Source of the DNA: Vicugna vicugna | Taxonomy: Eukaryota | Assembly: GCA_013265495.1 (NCBI GenBank) | Contig: MU058584.1 | Coordinates: 3,166,508 to 3,230,507, forward strand | DNA: 64,000 nucleotides | Direction: 5' to 3' | Part shown: piece after piece, positions 27,386-40,900 of the stretch | How positions within the stretch are numbered: the stretch's first letter is position 1 | How the letters are laid out: each line of letters begins with the position of its first letter | The notes under the pieces: model-generated | Database searches by the model: none | What the model saw: the letters and a program-made list of their open reading frames with translations, nothing else | Told to the model about the DNA's origin: nothing | Position numbers and translations under genes: made by a program

Positions 27386-27528
27386 GAAGGAGGAGACGGT
27401 CACTGTCTACCCCGCGGACGTGGTGCTGTTCGAAGGGATCCTGGCCTTCTACTCCCAGGAGGTGCGAGACCTGTTCCAGATGAAGCTTTTCGTGGACACA
27501 GATGCGGACACCCGGCTCTCCCGCAGAG
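27386..27528 (+). CDS. UCK2: UCK2 coding exon 4 (143 nt)
   Basis: tttgcag acceptor and gtgcgt donor. Encodes [47 protein letters not shown], also visible inside ORF 27066..27572. Confidence 0.98.
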
Positions 27529-30509
27529 GTGCGTCCCAGAAAGCTTCCGATGGCCCTGTTGGCGGCCTGTGACAGGCTCCTGCCCACCAGGAGACTGGAG
27601 CCCCCGCTTGCCCCCCGGCTGCCTTGTGGCCACGTGGCCCAGCCCAGCTGAGTCAGTCCAGCCCCAGGATGTTCTGCTGCCCAGGGATTCGGTGACATTT
27701 GAGAAGGGATTAGTCACTTACTGTTGTGGATAACGAAAGGCTTGTGAGGTCACAGAGATGAAAAAAGAAGTTTACGTGCTGCTTTGGCTAAGGGAGAGGT
27801 TTGGTTAAACGCTCAGTTCCTTCTGATTCCTCTCCCACCCCCTGGCATCATAGTCAAGATGGGAAATAATTGCAGGACATCGGGGGGCAGGAACACCCTA
27901 CGCCTGCAGCTTCGGGCGGCTGGGCCCACCAGCCTGCATCTCTCACCTTTTGCTTTCTAGAAAGTTCTGTGGTGGTTTTGTCACTGTCCATCCAGCTCGG
28001 GAGCAGTAGTTCCCTCTGCAGGCCTTTACCAGATGGGCACCTGTGTGCTGAAGATGCAGGGCTGCTCGGGGGCGAGCAGGGGAGCTGGGCCCGTGAATTC
28101 TGCTCTGCAGGACGTGGAGCCGAGACCTTGCTTCCGTGGGAGAGACCAGAGTCTTCATGGGGGAGGCAGGGTCTGGACTTGGATATGATGTAGAATCACG
28201 ATGTAGGCAAGTCAAGGAGGTACATGGTGCAAACAGAGACACCTTGGCTCGTTCTGAGAGGCAGGTGGCTAGAGTTCACAGGGCTGTGAAAAGAGCCCCC
28301 AGAAGGTAGCTTGGGGCAGGTTGTGGGGACTGAGGCTTCTGATTTGGTTCCTGGTGCACAAGGAAGAGCTACCAAGCAAGGGGTTTTGAGCAAAATGGCT
28401 TCAGCTGCCTATTGGAAGGTTATTCTGACACAGGACTGTTTTCGCTGATCTGGACGACAGGTGGGGCTGTCATCCGCAGGTGGTGGGAGGGGGGATGGAG
28501 AGCTGGGGAGAGAAGAGAAAGTACTAGCAAAGCGAGAACAGGCAGACCCAGCCAAGGCAGTGGGGCGGGGGTGACCGAAGGAGGCATGAGAGGTGACTAA
28601 GGCTGCGAGTCCCCATCGTGCGGAAGGGGAATGACACAGGAAGCGCCTGGTTTAGCTCCTAGTCACGGAGCAAACCACTCACAGATTCAGATTTCGTAAG
28701 CTCCAGCCCAGAGCCTTCTGCCCTCAAAGGCTGAAATTTTTCTCTCTTTGGTTCATGAAACAAATGTGTAGTTTATCCAGTTTAGCACTCTTGTCGTAAA
28801 AACAAGAATAAATGGGATCAGCAGAATCTAGAGAAAAGAGTTCCCGGGCTTTGGCTTCCCAAGAAGTAATAGGATCTACACTTCATTAGGTCAGGAGAGC
28901 TGGACATCCCCTCCCAGGTCGGGTGTGGACGGGGAGTAATTGGACAGAAAAAAAGAAGGAAAATTCTAGTCGAGCAGAGCCTCCTGCTAGCTTTGTGGCT
29001 TTGGTGGCTCCTGTGACCTCCCAGGCTTGGGGTTCTTTTTAATGGACAGTATGAGGGAGACAGGCCTAGTTTTTAGGGTCACGACACAGGGCAGGGAAGA
29101 GTTGCATGGTCTTTTTTTGACAAGTCATGGAGGCTGGAGCCTGACAGTCCCTCATAGCTCTGACCCCAGGGCTTATCACCATATCACCTTCACACACCAA
29201 TGCAGGTTCAACCTTGGCTAACCTGCTCAGGGGTCCGTGTGAGCTTGCCAGATTTGGGGAGCATACTTGGGGAAACACTAGAGTCAAATGACCTGGACTT
29301 TATTTAAATCCTGGTTTCAACATATAGTAGATGTGTGACCTGGGGCAGATTATGTTTTAACCTCTTCGTACCTTATTTTCTTATTGGTTGATCATCTACT
29401 GATTAGTTAGAACTCCTGGAATAGTTGTGACGATTAGTGATAATGCAGGTGAGATGCCTGGTGGCGGCTTTAGTGGATGAATACCGATGTGGTAGATCAG
29501 AAATCCGCTTTGCCTGAGGTGGTAGCTGGAGTTCTGTTTTCCTGAGTGTGCTGTCAAGACTGGTCTTGTCCCCTGGAGCTGCTGACACCTGGGCTGACAC
29601 TGTCATTAGTCTAGCAGGTGGTACTGAAGTCCCAGGGGATGCAGTTCAGCTTGAAGGAGGAAGGAGTGTAAGAAGTTGCACAGGAAATGAATGAGAACCA
29701 CGTTGTGTGCAGTGGCAACGTCCTTGGAAAGCAAATGAATCTTAGCCTCTGATTCTGACAGATGGTCTATGGGGTAGATTAAACTGAAAACCCGCCCTCC
29801 CTTTCCTGTACTGGGATCCTTCTGTGAAATGGAGAAGAGACTTGAGGTGATGGGGGCCCACTTTGGGGGTTTCTTAAGGCCCGTTCTGCACCCCGTGGCT
29901 TCCCTGATGTCTCCCGGGGCAGGTTGCTGCCTCTCAGGTCTGCTGTCTTCTCTCGTCATCCTCTGCTTGAGTCACTCCAGTGGGACTTCTCATTCTCTGT
30001 CCCCGTTGGACAAAAAACCTGCCTGGCATGTGCCTTGTGGGGTGGGAGGGTGCATGGTAAGGGAGAGGGAGGGAGAGTTAGTCGGGAGCTGTGGGGCACG
30101 CGGACATTCTCGGAGACTTGAGTGAGCTCCGTGGTTTTACCCGTCCGTGTGTCACTCTCCTGGGCACGGGGCCCTCACGTTCTGAGTTGACCCTCACGCG
30201 GGAGGGGTTCTGCATCCAGTCTCACAGCCTTGGAGAGACTGACCTCCCTCCCATGCGGCCCCCTTGTATTTCCAGGGAATGGGTTTCCTTCCCACAGGGC
30301 TTGCCCTCACCTTCCCTCTCTGTGTGAATTCCTCCAAGCCCGGCCTTGAATTCAGGGGCAGGGAAGACCCAAGATGAGGGAGCCTGAGACTGCTGGCTCT
30401 TGGTCTCTCTCCCGCCGTGGCTCTCTGTGCGCAGTTCCCACGGAATTAGAGCTGCAGTGGGCGCCAAGATAGTCTGTTCTTTTACTAGAGTCACACATCT
30501 CAACTAATT

Positions 30510-30696
30510 TTTTTTTTAACATTGGGTGTCCAGTTTTTTTTAAGTTAAAACTTTTTTTAACTTAAAAAAATAATTTTTTTTTATTTTCAGGGGGAGGTCA
30601 TTAGCTATGTGTATATATATATATAGTACTGGGGATTAAACCCAGGACCTCTTGCATGCTAAGCACAAGCTCTGCCACTGAGCTGTATCCTCCCCA
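30510..30696 (-). mobile_element. Vic-1-like SINE
   Basis: gtactggggattaaacccaggacctcttgcatgctaagc...actgagctgtatcc, flanked by ctcaactaatt and ctcaactgatt. Confidence 0.8.
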
Positions 30697-33600
30697 CCTC
30701 AACTGATTCTCATAGTGAATTGACAGCCATTGAGGAATTATGTCTGTTCTGGGTCCTTCCACATTTTGTTCTCAGCTTTGGCTGCCTCCTCACTAGTACA
30801 TTTGGAATGGCTGAGTGCAAGCCAGGCAGAGAAAGGCAGACCTGTTGTCGCCTGCCCGTTACCCCGCCACGGAGAGGGCCTGTCCTGGTCCAGCAAACGT
30901 GCAGAGTCAGAGTGATGATGGTGAAGCCAGTTTTGCGTCTCTGGAGTTTCCGGTCTGGGCCGAGACCTTGTTCTGACTCAGTCCTTGGCTTGGCCTCATT
31001 TCCTGGCTGTGCCTGAGGAGGAGGGCAGCTCAGTGCCGTGAACCGGCTGGCCCTGGGTTGTCCTTGGCTCACGGAGGGGTCTTGGTCTCTTCAAGGTGAT
31101 GATTGGACGGAAGGCCCTGAGGAGCAGGGGTGGGGGATGCCTTCTGGTTTTGCCTGTTCCCAGTGTCCGGGCAACATTCGGACCTGCTTCTGTCTCCTTT
31201 TCCGAGGTGGAAACTGAGATGACTCCTTCCTGCCTTCCCCGTTTCTTCTTCTCCACCGTGTCTTCCCAAATGTTTGTGTCCTGCCCTCCCACATCCCTCC
31301 CTACCCCTCCTCCCTCCGATGGGTCCAGCCTGCTTACCTGAGTTCATAGTTCCTATCTGTGCTGGCCTGCTCTATCAGGGAGCCGTTGCTCTCCCGAATC
31401 TGCCTCAGGTCCTGTTGTCTTCATCACCATAGAAACTCGGGTTTGTTGAACATCAACTATGTACCAGCCACCGTGTTGAACAGTTTGACTGTCCTTGTAA
31501 GTGACAGCTTTGTGAGAAAGTTACGATTTCGGTCTCTGCTTTACAGTGAAGGAAAATGAGATTCAAAGAGGCCAAGTGACTTGTTTAAGGCCACAGCGGT
31601 AGCACTTAACGGGGTCAGGATTCGAATCCGGGTCAGGCTTGCGCCATCGGTGGGGCACGAAGCAGCTTTGATCCCTGGAGCAGATGCCGCGTGACTCACC
31701 GTCTCCACCCACTTTCTCCCTGGCCTGTTTCTCGCTCCTGTGAGCTCATGTGATGTGACAGGTGACGCTCTCAGGTCTGCAAGACCCAAGGCTGCTGCAG
31801 GCCTGGGCTGAGGGCAGTGGCAGAGCCGTTTGAAAGGGGAGCATGCACGCGTGTGTGTCCGTCCGGTGGGGGAGGATGGACGGAGGGAACTTCCCACGGC
31901 GCTGCGCTGAAGCTGTCGGCAGCTGTGTGCAATGCACGTCTTGCGAAACAAACCAACCCAGCATCAGGCTCCTGCAGGGCTTTCAAGTAAAAGCTGCCTA
32001 AGTGCAGGCGTGTGTTTGCTTTTGTCCCAGCTCTGATACCCTCTTGGTCTGGCTTCCTTTTTCCTTTGGGCTTTATCTGGCGACGTGTGAAGAGCTGGAG
32101 GCCACCCGGGCTGTGTGTTTTGGCGAGCAGGGCTCGCTGGCCGCACAGGCTCGTGGGGCGGAGCCACGTGGCAGCTCTTGGGGCTCCTCCTTGGCCGCGT
32201 GTCCCTGGCAGGGCAGTGGCGGCAGCTGGAGCCGGGCCCCGTGCCCAAATCCCCGAGAAGACTGCTTCCTGGCTGGGCTGGGCAAGCTGTCAGCAGGGTT
32301 CATGAGGCAAGTCCTGACAAATTAGGGACCAACCAAGTATTTTATTGGCAGGGCTTCTGGGGGAAAACCTGGTAAATTGAGGAGCTGGTGGAGAAGTCAG
32401 GTGGTGGTGGCGGTCTATTACCTAGCTCTCTGGAATGTGGCTTCCCTGACGGTTTTCTAGCCATCTGCTTGATCTTGCAGACTTATGCCAGCCTGGATCA
32501 TAAACGCAGACTCTCTCTGTTTTCTGCCCCATCCACATGCATGCGTGCCTCTGTGTGTGTATGTGTGTATATGCACGCAGATGTGCGTGCCTGCGTGTAA
32601 ACACAGAAGTGTTTACAGACGCGACTTTCTGGAAATTCACTCCCAAGTCTTCCCTATGTTTACGGCGGGTTTCATCCCATGCTAAATCTCTTACCTGAGA
32701 AATGGTTGAGAGAAGCCGAGGGGCCACCGCAAATGATTGTGGATGGATTTGATACCCTTTTGGGGTGAGAGGGAAAGATTCAACAGTGCATAGTGTCAAG
32801 ATGGAAAACATTTGGAGGGAGGGGCTGTTTTGATTGAGAGAATCAAACTCACTACTGAGTTTAGGGGAACCTCAGTCCCAGGGAGGTTAATGTATAGTGG
32901 CAGAACCAGGATTCCAGACCCTTTTCTGTTTTCTGACAAAAGACTGCTGAAAGCAGTGTTTAACACTGGTCCCTGAGTAACACCCCCCTAAGGAAGAAGA
33001 TGTTAGAAGATGGGGTGTTTGGGTCTAGATATCTGGACTGCTTCACAGCTCCGGCCCACAGTTTCTTACATGGTTTTCTCATCTTTCACTAAGTGGTCTT
33101 CTATTTGCAAACCTCTGTGCTTGAGGTGGGCAGGAATGGCTGACCACAGCTGTGCCCTCAGCCTGCCTTCCACCTGCTCTAGGGGCTTGAGTGTGGGTGG
33201 GAGCTGGCTGGGAAGAGGTGGCCCACAGCAGATGTGCCAGCCTGAGCTCAGGTAAGTGCGTGCTAGGGGACGGGATCAAGGTGGGCAAAGGAGACGTCTC
33301 CTGGCACCACCCCCGCCTTTTGCCAGGAAGCCCCACCACCTCTCTAGGCCCAGTCTGTTTGCTTCCTGTTATGAGCTCTCCAGGAGCATCCTGCTCTTCT
33401 TTTTGTTCACAGTGAAGTTTTTTGGGGGTCAGATGTTGCTTGAAACCAGAAGACTACTGGCCTGGCCCAGACAACCTTTTGCTTTGGAGAGCCCTTTGTC
33501 ATGGCAGATGTGTTGACTGTGGCAAGATGTGAACTCGCATCTTGTTTTTCCCGAAGCTGCTGCTGACCAGCTCTTGGTCAAGTCTCACAGGAATCCAGCT

Positions 33601-33716
33601 GGTGAATCATCCCAAGTAATCGCGCGGCCTGTGTGATCCTGGTCGGCCTCGGGAGGGGCGGACATGTGTTGACTCAGGCACCGTTTTTTGGATTTTTGTT
33701 TTTCTTTCTCTCCTAG

Positions 33717-33814
33717 TACTAAGGGACATCAGCGAAAGAGGAAGGGACCTGGAGCAGATTCTGTCTCAGTACATTACATTCGTCAAGCCTGCCTTTGAGG
33801 AATTCTGCTTGCCA
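33717..33814 (+). CDS. UCK2: UCK2 coding exon 5 (98 nt)
   Basis: Long pyrimidine tract with cctag acceptor and gtgagt donor. Encodes (V)[32 protein letters not shown]. Confidence 0.98.
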
Positions 33815-33872
33815 GTGAGTTGTGTTCTTGTTTTCTTGTTTAATTTAGACGTTAAAATTTCAGCTGTACAGC

Positions 33873-34015
33873 GGGGAGGGTATAGCTCGGTGGTAGAGCG
33901 CATGCTTTGCATGCATGAGGTCCTGGGTTCAATCTCCATCAGTGCCTCCAGTAAAAAAAAAAAAAAAAAATCAATCTAATTACCCACCCCCCCAAATTTT
34001 TTTTAAAAAATTTTA
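33873..34015 (+). mobile_element. Vic-1-like SINE about 60 nt downstream of exon 5
   Basis: ggggagggtatagctcggtggtagagcgcatgc...ggttcaatctcc (A and B box-like), followed by an A-run. Confidence 0.88.
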
Positions 34016-36027
34016 AAATGCCTTCTAAAAAAAAAATCCTTAGCCACATAAATAAAGAGATGTAAGTTGATCTCCCCAGTTGGTCTCTCTCTGAGCACGC
34101 CTCTGTCCTCAAGTCCCAAGAAAGGGCCACCTTTGGTGCTTTGTCCCTCCACTGTGTTCTCCGGGAGCTCTGTCCTGCCACTCTTTTTTGGGGGGTAGCC
34201 TTTCAGGTTCTGGCTGTCTGGTTCCAGCATACTGTCCCCTTCTTGTTTGGTTGGACTCATGGTGTGAAATCCTTTACCAAGGGTGTGTCGTATCTAAGGA
34301 TAGACTCGGCCACTTGGATCTTCAGAAGATCTGTGGTGGTTGGGGTGTTGGTGTGGGGAGGCAGCAGCTACAAGGTGCTCTCTTCTGAATCTCTTCTGCC
34401 ATGACTTTGGAGCCCTGCTTCGAGCTGCTCATGGCCCCTGTGTCAGTTCCATTGGGAACACGTGCCGTGTGGAACGGGCTTCTGTCCTGCTCAAGCACGG
34501 GCTCACCAGGCCTCCCCACGGCTGCTGGGAACTCTCTAGCGAGGTGGCTTTCAGAGAAGGGCGGTTGAGTCCAGGGGGAATGCTCAGCTTTTAGGAGACA
34601 CCCCAGCTTCCTGAGGAAAGACAGGTGAACTGGGCAGGTGGAGGGCAGATGTGGAGGGTAGCCTAGTTTTGGAAGGAGAAGTATTTAATTCGGGAGACTC
34701 TTACACCTCTGTGTCACCTTCTCCAGGTTGGCCAGACTACGGTCTAACTCCCTAATGATTTAGAATCAAACCCTGAGAGGAGAGAGGTTGGGTCTTAGTC
34801 TGAAATTGGATACCTTTAGGGAGACGGGCATCTTGGAGGGTACTGAGAAGAGGTATCGAGTGAGGCTGAGTGTGGGAATTTCTCTGCTTCTCCTCATAAT
34901 TAACTTTTTTTTCTTTCTTCTCTCCTGGAAAAATATGGTCCCAAGCCGTCTTTGTTTCTCTAAGTCTGTTACTAGGTTTTATGTCAAACCAGACTTGGCT
35001 TGTGTTTCAGATCAGGAGCAGGTGGACTTTATGAGTCAGCCTGAGTAACCCTGAAGCCCTGCTCACTGTTCACGTCCCTGGTGAGGACGGGGTTACAGAA
35101 TTAGGTTTTTCTGGGAAGAGGGCAGAGGGGACATTGTATCCATCCGTTATCTGTCTGTCTGAGGACCTCTCCTGCTCTTTTTAACGTAATAATAGAACAC
35201 AAAGTAAACTTATTATTGGGTGTAAACTAGAGTCAACTGCCAATTCCCTGCTGTGAACTCAGTTGTAAGGGAGCTCAGAATCCTACGTGAACATTTTCTG
35301 GGTTGTGTCTGCTAGTTCGCACTGTCCAGCCACTCTGCTTAGGGAAGAGCAGGTCATTCCTGGGAGCTTGGACCTGACCAGTCACCTGCCTCGTTCAAGT
35401 TGGGTCAGAGCCTGACTCAGGGCACTTCAACAGTCTAGCTTGGAAGCTGCACAGAGTAGAGAGTGTCCTGAGGCATCGTTTATATTGTCTCACTAGGACA
35501 CAGTTACTTGTAAAACGGTCCACAGAATCTCAGTAAACAAACAAAATGTGCTTCTTTCCTTTTGTTTTCTCTTGTTTTCTTTTTTCTTTCCTCCCTCCCT
35601 CCCATTCTTTTTTTCACTGTGTAATAACAGAGCCAGTGAAAACGGTCATCCATGGGGATGGCTTTTCTTGGGTTTACCCTTGTGCTAGATAAACTGGTGT
35701 GTGGAAGTCCAAGGTGAGCTGCGCCCCTTTTCAAGTTTCGGTTTTACCAGTCGATACTTCTCCTGGTAGTGAAGAGGCAGTTACAGATTTGGTTTCAGAG
35801 ACCATGTTTACAGTGCAGGTTGTAAGCTGCAACAATATTAAATGTTAATGAGAACTCAAGAAAAAACTGATTTATAGTAATTCAGATAAAGTGGGTAACG
35901 GATAGCTGCTGCCCTCCGGGGTTGGTAGGAGAAGGCTGGTCCTTTCCCAGTATTCTCTTGGAGAGGGGCGTGGGCCAGCCTCTCTCTGAACTTCTCTTTA
36001 ACGTGTTGTAAATGTCTTTCTCCACAG

Positions 36028-36076
36028 ACGAAGAAATACGCTGATGTGATAATTCCTAGAGGTGCAGATAACCTGG
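36028..36076 (+). CDS. UCK2: UCK2 coding exon 6 (49 nt)
   Basis: tctccacag acceptor and gtgagt donor. Encodes TKKYADVIIPRGADNL. Confidence 0.97.
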
Positions 36077-37469
36077 GTGAGTCCTTGTGGGGTGTTATCC
36101 TGCGGGGCGTAACGCCTGCCCTTTGTCAGTTAACACTTTGGGGCAGGATATGGTGACTCAGCAGGGCTCTGTAGACGTGGCTGAGCCAGTAGGCTGCTGC
36201 TGTGAGCCAAAAAGGAGTTTCTCCCTATATGCCTGGCCCTGGGAACAGGCCTCTGTAAATACGCATGGACATAAATGGGGACAGACGTGAACTTGTGCTT
36301 TTCTGGCAGCGATCAGAGGGCAGTAGACCACCTTCTACTGTCATTCCCCGTGGTGACACCTGATACCAAATATCTGAAGCCATTTTTAAGCAAAGGCAGA
36401 TTTCCTGCATTTAAATTAGAATGAGCCTGGATGATGCCCATCCAGGTAGCCTTCCCTAAAGGGAGCTCATTGCTACCACGAGTGCATTTATGCATTTGTT
36501 TTCACTTGTCTGGGAAGCAGGAGTATCTCTGGACTCGGGTGTAATGGGGCAGAGTTGATGTGTAAGAAGACCTTGCCTTCTCATTTTCTTTATAGTTTAT
36601 TTCCATCTTCCTCCGTTTAGAAAGTTTATTTATTTATTTATTTCTGCTGAGCCATTTGGGAGTTAGGCGCAGCAATGACCGTCTTGCCGTATATTTCTTA
36701 AAGACAAGGCCATTTTCATTTATAGCCACAGTGCTTATCACCCCCAGGAAGCTTAATTTTGACTTAATCTCCTCTAACCCTCCTCAGCCTTTTTTTTGTT
36801 TTTTGTGACACTGACATTTCGAGGAGAACAGGCCTGTTGTTTTGTAGAAACTGGGGTTTGAGATTGGCTTCGTCTCACGCAATCTGGAGACAACCACGGG
36901 AGGGGCACGTTGTTGGTGCATCACCTCAGAAAGCACTTGAGGTTTATCCCATTTTGGGGGATGTTAATGTTACCCGTTTGCTCAAAGCGTGTGATTTATT
37001 TCTAAGGCCAAGAAGAGAGAGCCCTCTCTTGCGTTATCTTTGGAGGAGACGGCCTTCTGTGGGGTGGCTCTCCTTTGGGGTAGGGGGCTGGTGAGTTCCC
37101 CAGGGGAAGGGTCTCACAGCTAATTGACGGTGTTGGAAGGAAGGCCAGCCCTCACATCTACAGACTTTGGGTTGATGGCTGTCATCCATCCCTGCCGCTG
37201 ATCAGGTCCTGAAAAGAAGCGCATTCATTAAGGAAAGACTTACTATGTCCTTAACTGTCTTGTTCTAAGAACTCTGCTGGGGAGCTCATCATAGCCCCAT
37301 GAGGCTTGGGGAGTTTGAGTGACAGGTCCACGAATGGCAAAGCCGGTCACCTGGAAGTTTTTAGCCTCCAGTCCCTGTGTGCCCTTCCACCCAAACAGAC
37401 ACAGAGCCCTGCGCACATGCTCCCCCGTCTCCCCGCGTCCCTAACAGTCTGCCGGTCTCTGCCCCACAG

Positions 37470-37609
37470 TGGCCATCAACCTCATCGTGCAACACATCCA
37501 GGACATCCTGAACGGAGGGCTCTCAAAACGGCAGACCAACGGCTATCTCAACGGCTATACCCCTTCACGCAAGAGGCAGGCCTCAGAGTCCAGCAGCCGG
37601 CCGCACTGA
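37470..37609 (+). CDS. UCK2: UCK2 terminal coding exon 7 (140 coding nt including TGA)
   Basis: ctaac branch-point-like motif at 37441 and ccacag acceptor. Encodes (V)[45 protein letters not shown]. Exons 2-7 total 687 nt, leaving 33 codons for exon 1 of a 261-aa protein. Confidence 0.98.
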
Positions 37610-37831
37610 CCCCCGTCTTCTCCAGACCCCGGCCCCTATCTCCAAGGGACCAGGAGGAGGGGTCAGAGGCACTGTTCATCTATACATATGGTTTCCTATG
37701 ACATTGCTGTATTTAAGAATTTAAGAAAACACCATGGAGATGATGAAATGCCTTTTTTTTTTTTTTTGGTACTTGGAGCGGCGAAATGGAACAGAACTTG
37801 ACCCTGAGCTTAAACGACAAACTGTGCCAAC

Positions 37832-37965
37832 TCCTACTGGTGATGCCCAATTATGAATCCAACGTGTAACCAGTTATAAATATATATATATATATATATC
37901 CTACTGGTGATGCCTAATTATGAATCCAACGTGTAAACAGTTATAAATATATATATATATATATA
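37832..37965 (+). repeat. 67-bp tandem duplication in UCK2 3' UTR
   Basis: tcctactggtgatgcc(c/t)aattatgaatccaacgtgtaa(c/a)cagttataaa(ta)n starts at 37832 and again at 37899. Confidence 0.95.
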
Positions 37966-40900
37966 TACATATATATATAAAAGGATCTATTTTTGTGTAA
38001 ATGTACAAATACTGTACAGCTGTTTGCCGTAAGTATTCCGCAGGAGGGCCTGTACTTGAGTGTTTGGGGCCTGGAGCTGGAGTTTCCCCAGGGGACGCTG
38101 TCCTTCGTGTTCCTGGTGGGGCTGGCTCCGGCGTCCGCGTGGGAGGGAGGTGGGGAGCGGAGGCGGAGGCTCACAGCCCTGAGTGTCTGTGGACCACGCT
38201 GGAAGTGGAGTTTGCAACCTTTGCCCGCCTCCCCTGCCAGATGCCACCTTTTTGGAGCTGGGGTGTTAATGAGATGTGATGATGAGAGATAACTTTTTTT
38301 TTTCCTTTTCTTTTCTTTCTTTTCTTTTTGAGTTGAAATTAGGCAAGACCTCAACTCAAAAACCAAACTCAGGGAAGAGGCCCACCGAGGTGAACAAGTC
38401 TTATGTGTTTTCTTCTTGCCCTCTGCCCCACCTCTGGCTGCTCTGGCAGCTGCCAGGCCCTTTCTTACTCACCTGCCTCTCGGTCTCTCTGAAAGCCAGG
38501 GCTTCCCATCTCTCCCTCCCCAAGAGGGCTTTGATGGGATTGGGCCCTGGTTGAATGGGGAAGGAGGGAGTGGAACTGTGTCTGTCAGAGTCTGAGGAGA
38601 CGCTGGGTGCTCCTGTGTCCCCCGGAAGTCGCTGGTCAGATTCCTTGTGAAGTGCACAGTGGACCCTTGCAGTCTGGGCTTTGGTTGAGGGCTCCTGCTG
38701 GCGCCCCGTCACAAGGTGGCGGGAGAGCTGTGCCGTGGAGGGCATAGTAACCTTTGTTCCCCAAGACCCTGGGGATGAGCAGTGAGGCGGGGGTAGCAGG
38801 GACTGTCACTAGCAGCATCACAGCCACGCGGATTCACTCATTTACCGTACAGCGACGTCAAATGGCAGCCACGGGGCACCTAGAGGCGGGGAGGAGCAAA
38901 TAGCATATTTAAGTCACAAGTTGGAGTCTTGTGCTGAAAACGTTTAGAGTGGAGAGTCCCTGCTTTCCCCAGGGCCCCTCTTGGTGGAAGCTTCCTTCTT
39001 TGGAAGAAGTACAGGTTCCTGAAGGTTGCTGGTGGAGGGGTGAAGGAAACGGGGGCACCAAGCGAGACGGAGGAGGTACGATGATAACGCCTAAAGACAT
39101 TGACTGCGGAGGAGCCGGACCCTTTTCATCTCAGCGCCTGGTAGGCGACACCCTTAGTTATTCCCTTGTGGCTGCTATGGCCTGAAGCCTTTTGGGGACC
39201 CCTGCTCTTTCTGTTGCTTTCATAGCCTGTTGGAGCCGTGCGGATAAATCTCATGCCGTTACCTTCTTCACGCCGAACTGTCTGTGTACGCTCGGCACCC
39301 TCTGACTGGCATCCCCTTCTGTGGACTCCATTCGACTCTTAACTCAGTTTGGCTGTTTCAGAAAGTCAAACCTAATCCCCAGCAGAGATTTGCACCCCTG
39401 AGACATTCAGGAGACGGTGCGCAGGCTCTGGAGGGAACGAACCCCTGAGGGCAGCAGCCGCCTGGCTGGAGCGGGGACAGGCTCCCTGGTGCCTTCTCTG
39501 AAGGCGGGATGGCCGAGTTCTGGAGTGTGTGTTTCATGTCAGTATTGATTCTCTTTCTAGTCATGCCTTGTGTGGTTCTGAGGTGAAGGGTAGATGGCAG
39601 GCCTGGGTTAGGATCCTGAGGACCCGAGGGCCTCCTGCCTGTGCTCAGGGGAAGCCCATCCTGTCTGGGAGAGCCTCGGCCCTTCAGTGGGTAGCACGCT
39701 CCACGTTACTTGAAGCTTCCAGGTGCCAAACCATTTAGTGCCTTGGCTGTCTATCCCACTGCCTTGGAAGATGGATTCTTCTCATCTCTGAGCCTTGACT
39801 TACTTAGCCGCTTCCTCATCTACTCGTGGTGTTGGGACCAAGCCTCCAGTGTCTCTGAGTAGCCCAGTCCTCACTGGGGAAACAGCTCCAGGGCTGCTGC
39901 CCTGCCTCTTGGTACAACCACCACCAGTTCTTGCTGTCGTGGCTGGGCCGCGCGGGTGACTCCTCTGGTTCTGTGACAGACTACGTCTGGGGTGAGGACA
40001 GAGCAGGCTAGGAAGCTCTGCCCCTACGTGGCAACCCCAGCATTTAGCCAGCTGAATATCTGAACTTGAGCTTTCTCTGTGGCAGATCCTGGACTTGGCA
40101 TTTTGAGAACCAGTGTGTCTCTTATTCCACTGGAGAGTCAGGTAGAATCATTAGGCCAGAAACCACGTGAGTCACCTGGGGACTGTCTGCTGTCCAGGGA
40201 GGCAGCTCGGATGAGCACAGTGGGGTCACGTTGGTTGTGTTGTGTGCACGGCAGTTCCTTGGCTTCAGAGCTGCCCAGCGGTGCTTGCTTCTTCCCCGCT
40301 GCCCAGGAGTTGTTCGTGGACCAGGTGTTTAGGAAACGAGCGTTGTATCATGGGAGGGCCTGGCCCTGCCCGCTTCCTCACGCTCATGGAACTCCTGCTG
40401 CTCTGGGTTTTTCCTGGGCGGCCCAAGACCAATAGGAGCCCAGAGGTGGGAGTGCGTGTAAGGAAGATGGAAGCATTGTCACCTCAGGCGTCCCTTGATT
40501 TGGGGTGGGTAGGGGAGGCCCTCGAAGGGGAGGGTTCAGGCAACAGGTCTCTGAAGAGCAGGCTGGGGAGGGTGGCAGGGAAAGGTCTCCAGTTCGCCCT
40601 TCAAAACCAGTCTCTGCAGCAGCCCACTCTAGTCTTGGCTGCGGGGCGGCCATGGACGCTGGCTTCCTGCCTCTCCCGGGCTGGCTGGCACACTTGTATC
40701 CGTGCCCGGGGTGGGTTGCCAGTCTCACAAGGCCGCGAGGTCGGGCTGCAGGCTTGTGTGCCTCTCAGAGCCATCGGGGAGCAGGACGGGCTGGAGCCCG
40801 ATTGGTCTGTGTGTCACCTCGTTTGGTGTCCTGGTGTAGCCTCCTCGATGCAGCAGCCTTGACCTGCGCTTGGGCCCAGGGCCACTGGCGGACAGTGGTA

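Noticed and set aside
33873..33950. tRNA-like sequence
   Set aside because: It is the head of a multi-copy SINE with an A-rich tail and has no complete cloverleaf.
21741..37609. Alternative assignment as UCK1 or a pseudogene
   Set aside because: The peptide sequence and C-terminus ([13 protein letters not shown]) match UCK2; introns are present and the frame is intact.
40164..40174. Overlapping E-box and AP-1 motif (cacgtgagtca) in the 3' UTR
   Set aside because: Short motifs expected by chance in 64 kb, with no supporting evidence.
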